DNA of 64,000 bases from Eledone cirrhosa (GCA_964016885.1 OZ024741.1:16802001-16866000), one strand, 5' to 3'; shown: positions 27,170 through 40,158, counted from the first letter of the stretch. Program-made: numbers and translations. Notes: generated by a model from the sequence alone, not told the origin.

Positions 27170-27586
27170 CCCTTTAGCATTTACATTATTTTATATTTAC
27201 TAGAGGGCGGTGGATTGGCAGTATTGGTAGAGGGTCGGACGCCATGCTTTCCAGCATAGTTACGTCCCTTTACGGTCTGAGTTCAAATCCCGCCGAGGTT
27301 AACTTTGCCTTTCATCCTTACGGGGTCGATAAAATAAAGTACCAGTAATGTACTGGGTAATTGCTGGCCTTGTGCCTAAAATAGAAACAATTATTTTATA
27401 TTTACTATTAGATTTTCACGGTAAATACTTTACCTCATATAATTATCTCACATAATATCAAATCTATGAGATTTGGATATTATTTATTTTAAGAACAATA
27501 CCTTAACACCAGTATAAACGGCCAGTTACAGCCAATTGGAAGAGAAAGAATTCTGGCCGGATATGGCTGGTTTAAATGCTAAAGGG
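27170..27586. mobile_element. piggyBac-type MITE with a nested SINE
   Basis: TTAA|CCCTTTAGCATTTA ... TAAATGCTAAAGGG|TTAA. The SINE at about 27203-27390 is flanked by the duplication ATTATTTTTATATTTACTA. A second copy lies at 59196-59475. Confidence 0.85.
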
Positions 27587-27921
27587 TTAAAAAATGTGGT
27601 GGCATCAGTATAATCAACTTTCTCCTCACCTAAATTGCTGGCCTTGTGCCTAAATTAGAAACAATTAACAATAAACTGCATATTAAGGTTGACAAAGATG
27701 TACATTGTTCCACATTTCCTCAAATATCTACTTGTTTTCTTCTCATTAACTTCCCATTAAAAACATTTCTTTACCCTAATTTCTCCTGGTTGAATAATTT
27801 CTCTTCTACTACATATACCTCCTTCTTTTTCTAGAGTAATATCTTCTATTTTACTACCTCCAGTTTCTACCTCCTGGAGGAATAGATATCTACTATACCC
27901 CTCCTTCTTTTTCTAGAGTAA

Positions 27922-29617
27922 TCTTTATATATATAAAAGCGAGGATGTGTGTGTGTCTGTGTACAACTTGGCATGCTTAAGGTTTTCACAATTATCAACT
28001 GAATTTGACCAAATTTTCTGTGCACGTTGCACAGGTCGATAAGATTGTCACATCACAAACATTTTTCAAATCGACCCACGTTGAGCAATAAAAAATCGAT
28101 ATCAAAATTATCGGTAGAAAAATTGATGTAAGGGAGATAACAAACTTTATTGAAAATCTTTATAAAAAAAGGGAGATAACATACTTTTCAATATAAACAT
28201 CACATTCATTTGATTGATGAGAATTTGATGATGATTTTATCGTTTGTTTCTTGTTTATTCTTTGTTGCACTTTCAAAGTTAAAAAACACTTGTTTTAACT
28301 TGTTTCACTATATTAAGTGTTAATTTTCGCGTTCTAATCTCGCAGCAGTCTCGAATTGACGAGATTTTGATGATGGTTTGTTTATTTTTAGAACAATCGT
28401 TATGGGACTTTCTATTCAAACCATTGGGACCTACAACTTTTTCATTTTTAAAACTTTCATAAGCCATGTTGATACAAAAAAAAAATTTGTTGCACTTTCA
28501 AAGTTAACTGTGACGCTTCAATTCATACATTTTGACTTTACAACTTTTCACCAAATATGCCCCGTAAAAGAAAGTATGCACATATTGGCTATCGGTCGAA
28601 GAAAACAATGCGTGTAAATGACGCTCCGCCCATAACCGAAAATAGACAATCACTAAATGTAATTCGATTAAATCTATAAAATACATTTGTAAGTATATTA
28701 ATAAAGGCTCTGACACTGCTACGTTTGGATTACTTCGGGAAAACAGCCGAGATGAAGTGGCCCAATCCCAAACTGGAAGATACATTAGCTCTAATAAAGC
28801 GTTCTGGCAGATTTTCGGATTTGTTATACATCAACGGCATCCTGCTGTTCCAAAACTCCAAGTGCACCTGGAGAACTGTCAGAGAGTATATTTTACGAAT
28901 GCATCAGCTGCTCAGTTAGCACAAGAACCAAAGGATACTACTCTTACCGCTTTCTTTAAACTATGTCAAGAAGATCCATTTGCTAAAACCTTACTATATC
29001 CACAAGTCCCACCTTACTATACCTGGGACAAAAATACATGGAAGCGAAGAAAAACAGGACAGTGTGTCGAAGGTTATCCAGGCATCAAGTTCAACGAGTG
29101 CTTGGGCAGAGTTTATACTGTGCCCCCAAACCAACACGAGTGCTTCCATCTTCGCATGCTACTACATGAGGTCAGAGGACCTACCTGCTTTGATGGTCTC
29201 CGAACGTTAGACGGACAAGTTCTTCCAACATACACAAAGGCATGGTTGAGGCGTGGATTGCTGGAAGATGGTTTGCAGTGGGATGCAACGATGGCGGAAG
29301 GTGCTCTTTCACATTCACCTGCCAGCCTAAGGAATTTATTTGCGGTACTTTTGCACTCGTGCAACTTATCTGATCCTCTGTCCTTGTGGATGAAATATAG
29401 GGATGAACTAACAGACGACTACAGACACCAAGCACAATTTCTGCTTCCAGAAATAGAGGTCAGCTTTAGTAATGAACTAAATATTCGTTTGCATTAATTA
29501 TTGAAGACTTCTGCTTATTTTGATAGGTTGGGGACAAATAATGTTCTTCTTTTACTTCCTAGCTGTATATTTTTAGCATAATTTCAAACCCTGAGCAACG
29601 CCGGGTAAATCTGCTAG
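27922..29617 (+). mobile_element. Internally deleted Helitron
   Basis: 5' A|TC and 3' CTAG|T termini with a subterminal CCCTG/CCGGG hairpin. Carries Rep motif SIKYICKYINKG and the Rep-helicase linker (ORF 28757-29497). Confidence 0.92.
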
Positions 29618-30119
29618 TATCTTCTATTTTACTACCTCCAGCTTCTACCCCCTGGAGGAATAGATATCTACTATACCTCTTCCTTCTTTTTCTAGAGTAA
29701 TATCTTCTATTTTACTACCTCCAGCATAGAAGATGGATATCTTTTTAGCAGAATTATATATAATAGATATATCACCAAGACTTTAGCATGTTTTTACATA
29801 GTTTATTAACAAAGGTTAAGGGGTGGATTAAGCTGGCATGCCAAAAGAAATGAAATAAACCAATTAAGATTGCAAGAGAAGGTACGGTCGACTGACTGAG
29901 GTGTTGGCCAGGCCTGTAGTAATGTTTTGTCGTTACATATTGTTCGTGCTTGAGGAGCAAAAGAAGAATTGGTGTTTATCTTAGCAAGGTCAAGCTGCAA
30001 GAGAGAGAGAGAGAGGCGCCAGAACACTCCTTTATATTCGGGCCACAGGGAAGTAGCTCCAATTAGTTTTGTTCCCCAGGCAAAGGTGGCGCTAGTCACT
30101 ACATCTTCTATGCTTTGCT

Positions 30120-31200
30120 TCATTATTGCCTTCTGGAGAAACATTTTTCTACATATTTTCTCCATCTTCAGATATTTTTATGGGTGTGGGGCTGGGTAGG
30201 GATGTATTCCAGTGTTATTATTTTTTTTTTTTAAACTACCTTCTGGAGGTCATATCTTAAATGTTTGTTCCTTACTTCATATACTACTTTGTGGAGGAAT
30301 ATCTTCCACAGATAATCCATCTAGTACCTTCTGGAGTATATCTTTTATGTTTACTTCATTGACTGTCTCCTGCAGGACATGTCTTCTGTGTTTCCTCCAT
30401 CTATTGCCTCCTGGAGGAATATATTCTACTTACATTCAATCTGCTGCATTTGGAAGAACCTCTTCCTATGTTTTCTACATTTACTTTCCTCTGGAGGACA
30501 TGTTCTTCTCACCTTCCTCTGGAGGACATGTTCTTACTTTCCTCTGGAGGACATGTTCTTACTTTCCTTCCTCTGGGGGACATGTTCTTCTCACCTTCCT
30601 CTGGGGGACATGTTCTTCTCAACTTCCTCTGGAGGACATGTTCTTACCTTCCTCTGGAGGACATGTCCTTCTTACCTTCCTCTGGAGGACATGTTCTTCC
30701 CTTCCTCTGGAGGACATGTTCTTACTTTCCTCTGGAAGGCATGTTCTTCTCACCTTCCTCTGGAGGGCATGTTCTTCTCACCTTCCTCTGGAGGACATGT
30801 TTACCATGTTTTCTCCAGTTATATCATTGTCTGGAAGGATATATTCTACTTATCGTCTATTTGCTACCTTTTGGGTGGGATGTCTTCCATATTTCCTCCA
30901 TATCCTGGAGGACATGTCTTCCATGTTTTCTCCAGCTAACATTGTTTGGCGGAATATATTCTATCTATTGTTATTGTCTATTTTCTACTTTTGGGGCGGG
31001 ATATCTTCCATATTTCCTCCATCTCTTGGCGAACATGTCTTCCATGTTTCCTTAGCTACTGCTGTCTGGAGGTATATATTCTGTTTAGACTGTATTTACT
31101 GCTATTTGGAGGAATGTCTTCCATGTTATCTCCAGCTGCTACTGTTTGGAGGAATATCTTCCTCAGGTTTGCCATCTGCTACTGTCTGTAGAACATGATT
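30120..31200. repeat. Degenerate CTGGAGGA tandem repeat with a younger ~22-28-bp core (30485-30800)
   Basis: CTTCCTCTGGAGGACATGTTCTT recurs in the core. Related units flank the Helitron at 27780-27921 and 29618-29725. Confidence 0.85.
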
Positions 31201-31519
31201 TCCATGCTTTTTCCATATACATTGATCAGAAGATAATTATTCATCTCTCACTCTCTCTCTCATATATATATATCTGTCTGGTTCATCATCATCATAATCT
31301 CTCTCTCTGTCACACTATGTATATCAAGTCCTCTCCTCTCCCCAAACCTTCCTCTGTTAAATACTTTGATCATTAATCATCAAATTAAGCCACTAAATCT
31401 TTACTACATTATCTGCTGTAGTTATTGCTGTTGTTGTTGTTGTTGTTGTTGTTGTAGGTTTAACATCTCGCTAGGTTCATGTCTCAATCATGGGGAGGTC
31501 GGAGTTTTTGTTTGTATTA

Positions 31520-32109
31520 ATCATCATCATCCTCACCATGATCGTTTAACATGCAATTTCCATGCTAGCATGGGTTAGACGAGCTGTCCTGGTGTGAGAC
31601 AACCCAGGTTGGAGGACCGTGTTTTGTTCATACAAAACTGATTTTGGTTTGGTTTCTAAAGCTGATGCCCTTCCTAACATCAACCATGTGGACTGGGTGC
31701 TTTTTGTCATGACACCTACACAACCACTTTATAGTATGGACTGAGTGCTCATTGTCATGGCACCAAGACGACTACTTTACAGTGTGGGTTCGGGATTGGG
31801 TGGGAGAGATGCATGGGAAATTGCGGAGGTAGATGAAGGGGTGATGTTAGGATGTGGGAGATGTAGGGGAGGGGTGATGGGAGGGAAGTTGGCACATACT
31901 AGATGTATGTCTCAGCCCCTGCATATGGAAAGGTGGGTCTTCTCTACTTCTGCATAGTGACGGAGATCACGGTCCTGTATCATTGCCTTTGAGAGGTGCT
32001 AGGACAGCTTTATCACCTCATCCCAAGTCTTTTTAAGTCTTCTCACTCCATATCTTCCATCAACCTTGAGCGATCTGCACCTTTTTATACAGCTTTCATC
32101 CTTCATACG

Positions 32110-32112
<3 letters not shown>
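31520..32112 (-). mobile_element. Decayed RTE 3' fragment
   Basis: Homologous to the 3' UTR and ORF end of 690-1200. Further 3'-UTR pieces lie at 21440-21530, 26410-26463 and 32652-32957. Confidence 0.7.
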
Positions 32113-32164
<52 letters not shown>

Positions 32165-32975
32165 AATTATTGCTGAAATGGAAAAATCTAACCATTTTTT
32201 ATGACAAAAATCAAAAATAAAGTATGAAAACCAAAAATTCTATATAAATTTTAATAAAATGAAATTAATAAAAAAAAAATGTGTTGAGTCTTTCATTAAA
32301 TGTTTCTTGTTTTTTATTTTTTGTATGTGAGTGATAGAGAGAGCTTGTATGTTGATGGGTATTTCTGTATGTTCAATGCTAGCATGGAAGATGGACGATA
32401 ACGATGATGATGATGATATATATATATATATGGATTTTGTATGTATCCAGTTTAGAATATATATATATATGTGTGTGTGTGTGTTACGTAATTCCAAAGG
32501 AAAAGCAAAGGAAAAAAGAGTGCTCTATGTATAGAACAGAGCTATTTAATTCGAAAGTGAACACAAAATATAACTACTCGATTACCAAAGGTTTCTGGAT
32601 CACAGACAATGATAATATATTCGTCTGGATCTGTCGTCAGACAGAGATGTTATCATCATCATCATCACCGTTTTACGTCCGTTCTTCCACGCTAGCATGG
32701 GTTAGACAGGTTGTCCTGTTGTGGGCAATGTCCGGTCGGCTGACCATGCCTTGCTCATACAGGAACTGATTTTGGCTTGATTTCTACAGCTGGATGCCCT
32801 TCCTAACACCGATCTCATTTACAGTGAGTGCTGGGTGCTTTTTTCCGTGGTGCCTACACGTCCACTTTACAGTGTGGGCTGGGTGCTTTTTTGTTGTGGC
32901 ACCTCCACGACCACTTTGCAGTGGGAGGGTGTGGGGGCATATTGTCTATATGCTTCAGCTATCAGGATGGATTCA

Positions 32976-33220
32976 GTCTGAAACTGGTGAGATCATCACT
33001 CAACAGAGTACTCAATACTTAGGGTAGTAGAGTATGGCTGTATTATAGAGTCAAGACCCAATGGCTGAGCTCTTGCTGTTTCCACAGCTAGTTCCAGAGT
33101 CTGGAACTAGCTGTTGAAATGGCAAGAGCTCAACCGTTGGGTTCCCGACTATTTTTAATATAATCACACATTATTATCCCAAGTATTGAGTACTCTATTG
33201 AATAATGATCTAACTAGTTT
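32976..33220. repeat. Imperfect ~245-bp palindrome (foldback/MITE family H)
   Basis: AGAGTACTCAATACTT ... AAGTATTGAGTACTCT arms pair inward to CTAGTTCCAGA-G-TCTGGAACTAG. Confidence 0.85.
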
Positions 33221-33489
33221 AATAGTGGTTTAGAATACACACACACACATAATTACTCACCTTCGGTCACAAGTGACCATGAGATTTGCACCCAAAAAGT
33301 TCCCCTGTGAGGCACAAGTCCCTCATGCATACCATTGAACAATAAAAGAAAGGCGATGAAAGCCTACTACAAAAGCAATTGCTCTCACCAGATGATCTCT
33401 TTGGAATCATCTCTTCAAGACTACATGGAGTTCTAACAACCATAATGGCCCTACAATAAATAGGTAGATACCAGTGTATATAAAAAGGG

Positions 33490-33805
33490 TAAAAGGTAAA
33501 GACCCCTTTTGGTCACAAATGACCATTAGATTTGCACAAGCCCAGGCAAGGTTGATTGTGGAAGACCAGCAGTCACCCATGCATGCCAGTCTCTTCTCTA
33601 CACCACCAATGATGACCAAGGGAAAGGTAATGGCCGGCCGATATAGCTTGGCACCAGTGACGTCGCAAATCATTTCTACAGCCGAGTAAACTGGAGCAAC
33701 ATGAAATAAAGTGTCTTGTTTAAGAATACATCACCCAGTCCGGAAATCGAACTCACAATCTCATGATTGCAAACTCAACACTCTAACCACTAACCGATGC
33801 ACCTT
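33490..33805 (-). mobile_element. tRNA-derived SINE, family B
   Basis: Minus-strand head GGTTAGTGGTTAG...GAGTTCGATT and body CAAGACACTTTATTTCA.GTTGCTCCAGTTTACTC.GCTGTAGAAATGA. Related copies with a different tail lie at 44525-44742 and 50630-50868. Confidence 0.8.
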
Positions 33806-34020
33806 CACCACTAGTTTTGAAGAGATGATTCCAATGAGATCATGCGGTGAGAGCTTTTGTTGTAGGCTTTCATTGATTTTTCTTTTTACCAGTATATATA
33901 TATATATATATTTATTAAAATAACAGATTAAAGTTTAAGCAAAGAATCGCTGCTTTCACCCTTAACGGGATCTTAGTCTTCAAATTTATTATTATTACTA
34001 TATATATATATATATATATA

Positions 34021-35356
34021 TTTAGCATACAGGTCGGTGTTCACCAGAGCTCTGTTCTTAGCCCTCTCCTGTTCATCATAGTCCTGCAGGCAATAACGGA
34101 GGAGTTTAAGACCGGATGCCCATGGGAACTCCTGTATGCTGATGACCTTGCACTTATAGCTGAATCTATGGTAGAACTAGAGAAAGAATTCCAAACTTGG
34201 AAGCAGGGACTAGAAAGAAAGGGTCCCAAAGTCAACCTGACAAAGACTAAGGTCCTTGTAAGTAGACAAGAAAACAGAACCCAGATACCCTCAGGGAAAT
34301 GGCCTTGCTCAGTATGTAGGAAAGGTGTAGGTAGGAACTCCATTCCCTGCCCCAAATGCAAACAATGGGTACACAAGAGATGTAGCGGGATCTCAGGAAG
34401 CTTAACTAAGGATGTAGGCTTCACATGTAGCAGCTCTGCCGGGACAGCAAACAGCATCAGGAAACAAGCACCACCAAACTATGGGAGGGCTCTGTAGAAA
34501 CAGTAGACAGCTTCTGCTACCTAGGTGACCGAATTAGCACGGAAGGTACAATAACTAGGGTAAGGACGGAATGGAAGAAGTTCAGGGAGCTACTGCTAGC
34601 GGCAAAAGGCTTTTCCCTCAAAATGAAAGGCAGACTGTATGATGCGTGTATACGAACAACAATGTTACATGGGAGTTGTCTGTAGAAGACTTACGTAGAT
34701 TAGAAAGAAACGAAGCCTGCATGCTCCGATGGATGTGTAACAGTAATATACGCGAACGGCAAAGCATAAATGAATTGAGAGAGAGACTGAGCATAAGAGG
34801 AATCAAATGCTGTGTGCAGGAGAGGCGGTTGCGTTGGTATGGACATGTGATGCGTATGAAGGATGACAGCTGCATAAAAAGGTAAAGAGCACTAGAAGTC
34901 GATGGAAGCCGCGGAGTGGGGGGACCCAAGAAGACCTGGGATGAAGTGATAAAAGCCGACCTTACCCAATTGCCCTTCTCAAAGGCGATGACACACGACC
35001 GTGACCTCTGGTGTCACGCAGTAATACAGAAGACCCCCCCCCCCCCCATGGGTTCAGGCCGAAGCTGAAGCATATAGACAGTATGCTCCCACTGCAAAGT
35101 GGTCGTGGAGGTGCCACGGCAAAAAAGCACGCAGCCCACACTGTAAAGAGGACGTTAGACACCACGGAAAAAAAGCACCCAGCACTCACTGTAAATGAGG
35201 TTCGCGTTAGGAAGGGCATCCAGCTGTAGAAATCAAGCCAGAATCAGTTCCCATATGAGCAAGACATGGTCAGCCGACCGGACACTGCCCACAACAGGGC
35301 AACCCGTCTAACCCATGCTAGCGTGGAAGAATGGACGTAAAACGGTGATGATGATG
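34021..35356 (+). mobile_element. 5'-truncated RTE LINE, same family as 690-2080
   Basis: Colinear RT C-terminal half, finger and 3' UTR with frameshifts and a (GAT)n tail. Confidence 0.9.
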
Positions 35357-35370
35357 ATATATATATATAT

Positions 35371-36305
35371 ATGATGGACTCTCCCGTCGATATCCGACGT
35401 ATGAGTGTCCAATAAAAGTTCAGCTCTCTGGATGGCGGTGTCTCATGTGACATTTCAATCCTACCAGTGACCCACAGGTCGCAAGAGCAAGAGTTTATGG
35501 AGAGTCTTGCAGGTATCAAGGCCCGTTGCTTCGTCCCTGTTCGGTCGAAAAGCAATTTCTCTACGCGACTGGATTTAAAGCTCTTGATCGCACTACGGCA
35601 CCTTTCTCTCCAGTCCTTTCTGTCAGCAGCAATTTGTTCGCAATCATGGAAAGGGATTGCAAGAGCAGTGATATTTGATTTCAACTTATCTTATATCATA
35701 GCCATGGTCTACCAACCTTCCTGTTGCCGCTGCTAAGCTGACCGTACAAGAGGACTTTTGAAATTCTGTCGTCATTCATGCGGATGACATGGTCAGCCCA
35801 ACGAAGCTGAGATTTCATAAGGAAAGTTTCAATTCCCCCAATGTTGCATTTGGTTAGGATGTCGGCGTTGGAGATTTTATCTTCTCATACATTACCACAG
35901 ATGGATCTCAAACATCCCTTGTAGAACACATCCAGCTGGATTATGTGTGACCGGTATGGTGTCCAGGATTCTGATCCACAAAGCATAGTGTTGAGAACTG
36001 CCTTATACACTTGCGCTTTCGTATTTAGTTTTACACCCTTTTCATTCCAAAGACGATGATTGAGTTTACCAAACGCAGAGGAAGATTGGGAGATGCGGAT
36101 GGTGACTTCGTCATCAAGGGAAGCTTTGCGGTTCACCTTGCTTCCTAAGTATGTGAAATTATCAACATACTTCAGTTGCTTGTCCTCTACCATGATTCTG
36201 TGAGGTAGAATTCCAAGAACCGGTGGTTTCTGCTTCACACCTCTTATGGTTTCGGAGAAAAACGATTGACCAAATCCTGAGCATCTTCGAATGAAGTTGC
36301 GACAA

Positions 36306-36306
<1 letters not shown>
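35371..36306 (-). mobile_element. RTE/BovB-like LINE 3' fragment
   Basis: FTYLGS, AFGKL..RLW, LCGSESW and DRKDWR motifs. Confidence 0.8.
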
Positions 36307-36337
<31 letters not shown>

Positions 36338-36345
<8 letters not shown>

Positions 36346-36765
36346 TGCTAACTCGTGTTCGAGCATGGCTATTTCCTGATAAAATGCTCAAAATGTGAGG
36401 CACGAATGTGGCTCTTTAAATCAGCCAAAGACTTACACCCTCTGGCACATACATGGCAACTGTAGGCTCGTCCGAGACTTTCCACTGCTTTGTTCTGGCT
36501 GTGTGTTTTCATGTGTCTTTTAAGACCTCCCGTGCTTGTACATTCCTTACACCTTACACTACTGATATGACTTTGTTCATGCCTAATCAAACCAGCTTTG
36601 CTCAGGCAGACTCGACCACAGTGCTGGCAAACCAGATGATGTTCAACAGCAGACAGTTCAGAACAATCCCTTATCCTCATCTTCCTTTTCAATGTTAGGT
36701 GTTGTCTTCGACGAGTTTCAAAGCGTTCTCTACCTGACTTGATCAAGCGTCCCCACTTCACAAAG
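36338..36765 (-). mobile_element. RTE 3' end encoding three C2H2-type fingers
   Basis: W..LIK.G...FE..R followed by CQHCGRVCLSKAGLIRHEQSH, CKECTSTGGLKRHMKTH and CHVCARGCKSLADLKSHIRASH, ending in the RTE-type tail CTCGAACACGAGTTAGCAGCCATCA. Confidence 0.75.
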
Positions 36766-36965
36766 GATGTTATTTTTAATATCTTTTCAACACCTTTAGA
36801 GAAATATGAGAATCAATTAGATATAACATACAAAAGGTATTTACCGACTGTGTGCCTTCGCTGCCATCATAAACTGTAAAATACCAATCTGGATATTGAC
36901 AATGTTACATTAGAGCTTTAAATATATGAATGTCTTATACAGTGTTATCAACTCATAAAATGTAT

Positions 36966-37039
<74 letters not shown>

Positions 37040-37040
<1 letters not shown>

Positions 37041-37236
37041 CGAAGGAGTTGTGATAAGGAACCAGATGGACCATAACGCACCAGAGTACTCAATACTTGG
37101 GGTAGTAGAGTGGGTAATAGCAAAATGTATGACCCCCGACGGCAGAACTCAAGCCGTTTCAACGGCTATTTCTGGACTCCAGTCCAGAAATAGCCCTCGA
37201 AACGGCTTGAGCTCTGCCGTCGGGGTCATACATTTT

Positions 37237-37240
<4 letters not shown>
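37040..37240. repeat. Family H hairpin element between TA tracts
   Basis: ~60-bp stem at 37118-37239 (AAAATGTATGACCCC...GGGGTCATACATTTT), preceded by AGAGTACTCAATACTTGGGGTAGTAGAGT. Confidence 0.85.
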
Positions 37241-37277
<37 letters not shown>

Positions 37278-37907
37278 GAATAAGAAAATGCAAAGTAGTT
37301 TCAGATGTTAAAGTCCTTTAATGATAATGCTGTGATACATATTTCAATGACGACAGTGGCCACCCTCTTCGGTGTACCCAGTGCCGTGACATCATCAAAT
37401 AGCTTCTTACATAATAAGGTTATGTTCTCGAGGTAATCCAAATTGAATCGACAAGGGAACGGACAAAGCAGGTGCTCTTGAGTCCTTCGTCCGCTCTCTT
37501 GTGAGTCCCAATTCACCCCTACCGGTTTGCGTAGGCGCAACTCCGGAGGAAGTTGACTATTCGCCCCCCCCCCCCCCAAAAAAAAAAAACTATAGGAAAT
37601 TCACCTAGGCAGGTTTCCCCTTACCCCAACGAAACAATCGCCCCATCCAGGTCTGTAATATGAGACAGCTATAGTTTGCTGGTAGCCGTCTTGGTAGTTG
37701 GGGTTGACTGAAACCCAGTGGTAGTGGCAGAGTATGACTCTCAGTAGGCCTTACTACCTCTACATTCCACTTGGACAATAGAATTTGCCACCAGCCGCTA
37801 AGAGAATCTAACTTAATTCTAGATGTTATGGTTTCACAGTGGAAATTATGATTGAAAATTAGAAATAAAAAAAAAATTACAAGTTAAAATCTCGATTGAA
37901 GTAAATG

Positions 37908-37982
<75 letters not shown>

Positions 37983-38633
37983 TTAGACAATTATCAAAGT
38001 TGTGTTCAAATCATTTAATATCTGACAATCGTTTCTTCCAAACTCTCGTTTGGAATCATCGGAGCATTATCAATGTTTGTACATATAATTAACCTCCTAT
38101 CCAACTGAACAATAATATAGATACATATATATTGATGTTGTGAGCAGTTTCGTATTAACATATTTGCTTAAAGTGCAGTATTTACTTATCTATATATGCA
38201 TAATAACTTTGCTTGTTTCCTTCTCAAAACTCATTTCTCAATGCCTCTTTAATTATTGGACTATTCTCTTATTTTATCTGTTGCATGTATTCCACTCTGT
38301 GCTTTTAATTTGAATTTGAATTTTCGTACAATTATTGCACAATTCTCGTAAAAGGCATATGTGCAAATGCAATTTGCTGCAGGAAAATAAGGGGTTTAAC
38401 GTTGCTTTTAGCTCTGCTTATTTATCCGGTCGAAAATGAGTTTATAATTTTATTTCTGTCTAGCAGTAGGGATTTCCAGTGGCTGTAATCAGTCCCATGG
38501 TAGAGGGAATTTCCGGGTGTAGCCGAGGGTTGGTACCTCACTTCACAATATCGGTTGCACCATGGAGCGCTCTACAGGTTGGAGCTAGATTCTTGAGGTT
38601 AACATTATTGCAATTCGATTCGATATATATATA

Positions 38634-39519
38634 CGAGGTGTGTCAGAAAAGTTCCAGGACTGATGTCACAAAAGATTTATTTCAAATCCAAACTTCACAC
38701 TAAGAGTTTTCTCCTTCAAAGTAACCCCCCTGGAGTCTAATGCACTTTTCCATCCTTTTCTGCCACGCTTGCATGCAGTCCTGGAAGGATTCTTCCGGGA
38801 TCCTCCGCAGTTCCGTCGTCACGGCCTTTTTGATGTCGTCCACGTCTTCAAAACGGGTCCCCTCCGGGTCGTACTCGAAGATCCATGACTCATCACCGGT
38901 GTTGACTATCCCTAGCAAGTCTGGTTCGGTTTCAAGACGCTCGAGCATGTCCTGGCACACTTGCATGCGTCGACGCTTCTGATCATCGTTCAGCAGTTTT
39001 GGCACCATCTTCGCGCAGATTTTCCGCATGTCCAAATCTTCAGTGAGAATCTTCCAGACGCTGTCCCGATTCATGCCCAGCTCATTTGCCATCAGTCGAA
39101 CAGTCAGCCGACGATCGCTACGCACCATCTGCTTGACGCGCTCAACGTTGACCTCAGTCCTGGTTGTTGAGGGCCTCCCGCTCCTGGGGTCATCTTGCGT
39201 CACTCAAAAACACGTGAGCGTGACATCGTTTCATCTCCATACACTTACTGCAGCAATCTCAGTGCTTCTGACGGAGTTTTCCCCAATCGTACCAGAAACT
39301 TCAAGTTTGTTCGTTGCTCTGTGCTCATTGCTTGACGATCTGAAACAGAGGACATGTATATAAAATTATGAAGAAAAAAGTTTGATCGCTGCAGAGATCT
39401 AAGATTACAGTTACATACTCCAGGGGGATTACTTTGAAGGAGAAAACTCTTAGTGTGAAGTTTGGGTTTGAAATAAATCTTTTGTGACATCAGTCCTGGA
39501 ACTTTTCTGACACACCTCG
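38634..39519 (-). mobile_element. Internally deleted mariner transposon with ~103-bp inverted ends
   Basis: TA|CGAGG...CCTCG|TA termini. Transposase remnants include QRTNLKF, RSGRPS, AKMVPKLL and GDESW.FEYDPE fused directly to GTRFED..GGYFEG. Confidence 0.93.
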
Positions 39520-39637
39520 TATATATATAGATTCGTTGACAAGTATATTAATGTGCACAGACACGCAGATATATTGCCCTTGGTATGACAGTGTGGTTTT
39601 AGCTCGATGTAGGATAACTAGTATACTACAGAGCCGT

Positions 39638-39854
39638 TATAAGTTTAGGAATAACCAAAGAGTGCTTAGAAATACATTGTTTTATTTGCTAACAGTGTTT
39701 CATCCATACCCTATGCCTGCATCCAAAGCCTGCAACCTTTGATATATTTTTGTTTATAAGCTTTGATGATTCCTGCCATAGGGTATGGATGAAACACTGT
39801 TAGCAAATAAAACAATGTATTTCTAAGCACTCTTTGGTTATTCCTAAACTTATA
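39638..39854. repeat. Inverted repeat with 78-bp arms, containing a hammerhead-like motif at 39760-39804 (+)
   Basis: Arms are 39638-39715 and 39777-39854. The motif reads GCT-TTGATGA-...-GAAA-CACTG-TT-AGC. Confidence 0.85.
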
Positions 39855-39870
39855 TATACACGAGTGAAAG

Positions 39871-40158
39871 TATAAAGAAAAAAAGATGAAATCGAAAATG
39901 CAACTGGAGTGTTATTTAAAAAATATATATATTTATTTGGTTCCTTTACCGGTTTCGCAGTTCTTCTGCTTTTCAAAGGTAGAGTTGAGATGGAGGGTGT
40001 GTGGTTTTTCTCATATGAGGAAAACCACAGACCCTCCATCTCAACTCTACTTTTGAAAAGCAGAAGAACTGCGAAACCGGTAAAGGAACCAAATAAATAT
40101 ATATATTTTTTAAATAACACTCCAGTTGCATTTTCGATTTCATCTTTTTTTCTTTATA
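39871..40158. repeat. 288-bp spacerless palindrome with a hammerhead variant in each arm
   Basis: Centre TCATATGA at 40011-40018, about 3 mismatches. The + arm at 40050-40085 reads CTT-TTGAAAA-GCAG(AAGAA)CTGC-GAAA-CCGG-TA-AAG. Confidence 0.92.

Noticed and set aside
30212-31198. Long hydrophobic ORFs in three frames
   Set aside because: They are products of a stop-poor degenerate tandem repeat, with no splice or domain support.
36369-36761. Host C2H2 zinc-finger gene
   Set aside because: It lacks TGEKP linkers, follows RTE C-terminal motifs and ends in the RTE 3' tail, so it is retroelement-encoded.
37690-37808. HDV-like ribozyme on the minus strand (GATTCTC/GAGAGTC and TGGTGGCA/TGCCACTA pairings)
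   Set aside because: Two crossing helices are possible, but P3, P1.1 and P4/J4-2 are not identifiable.
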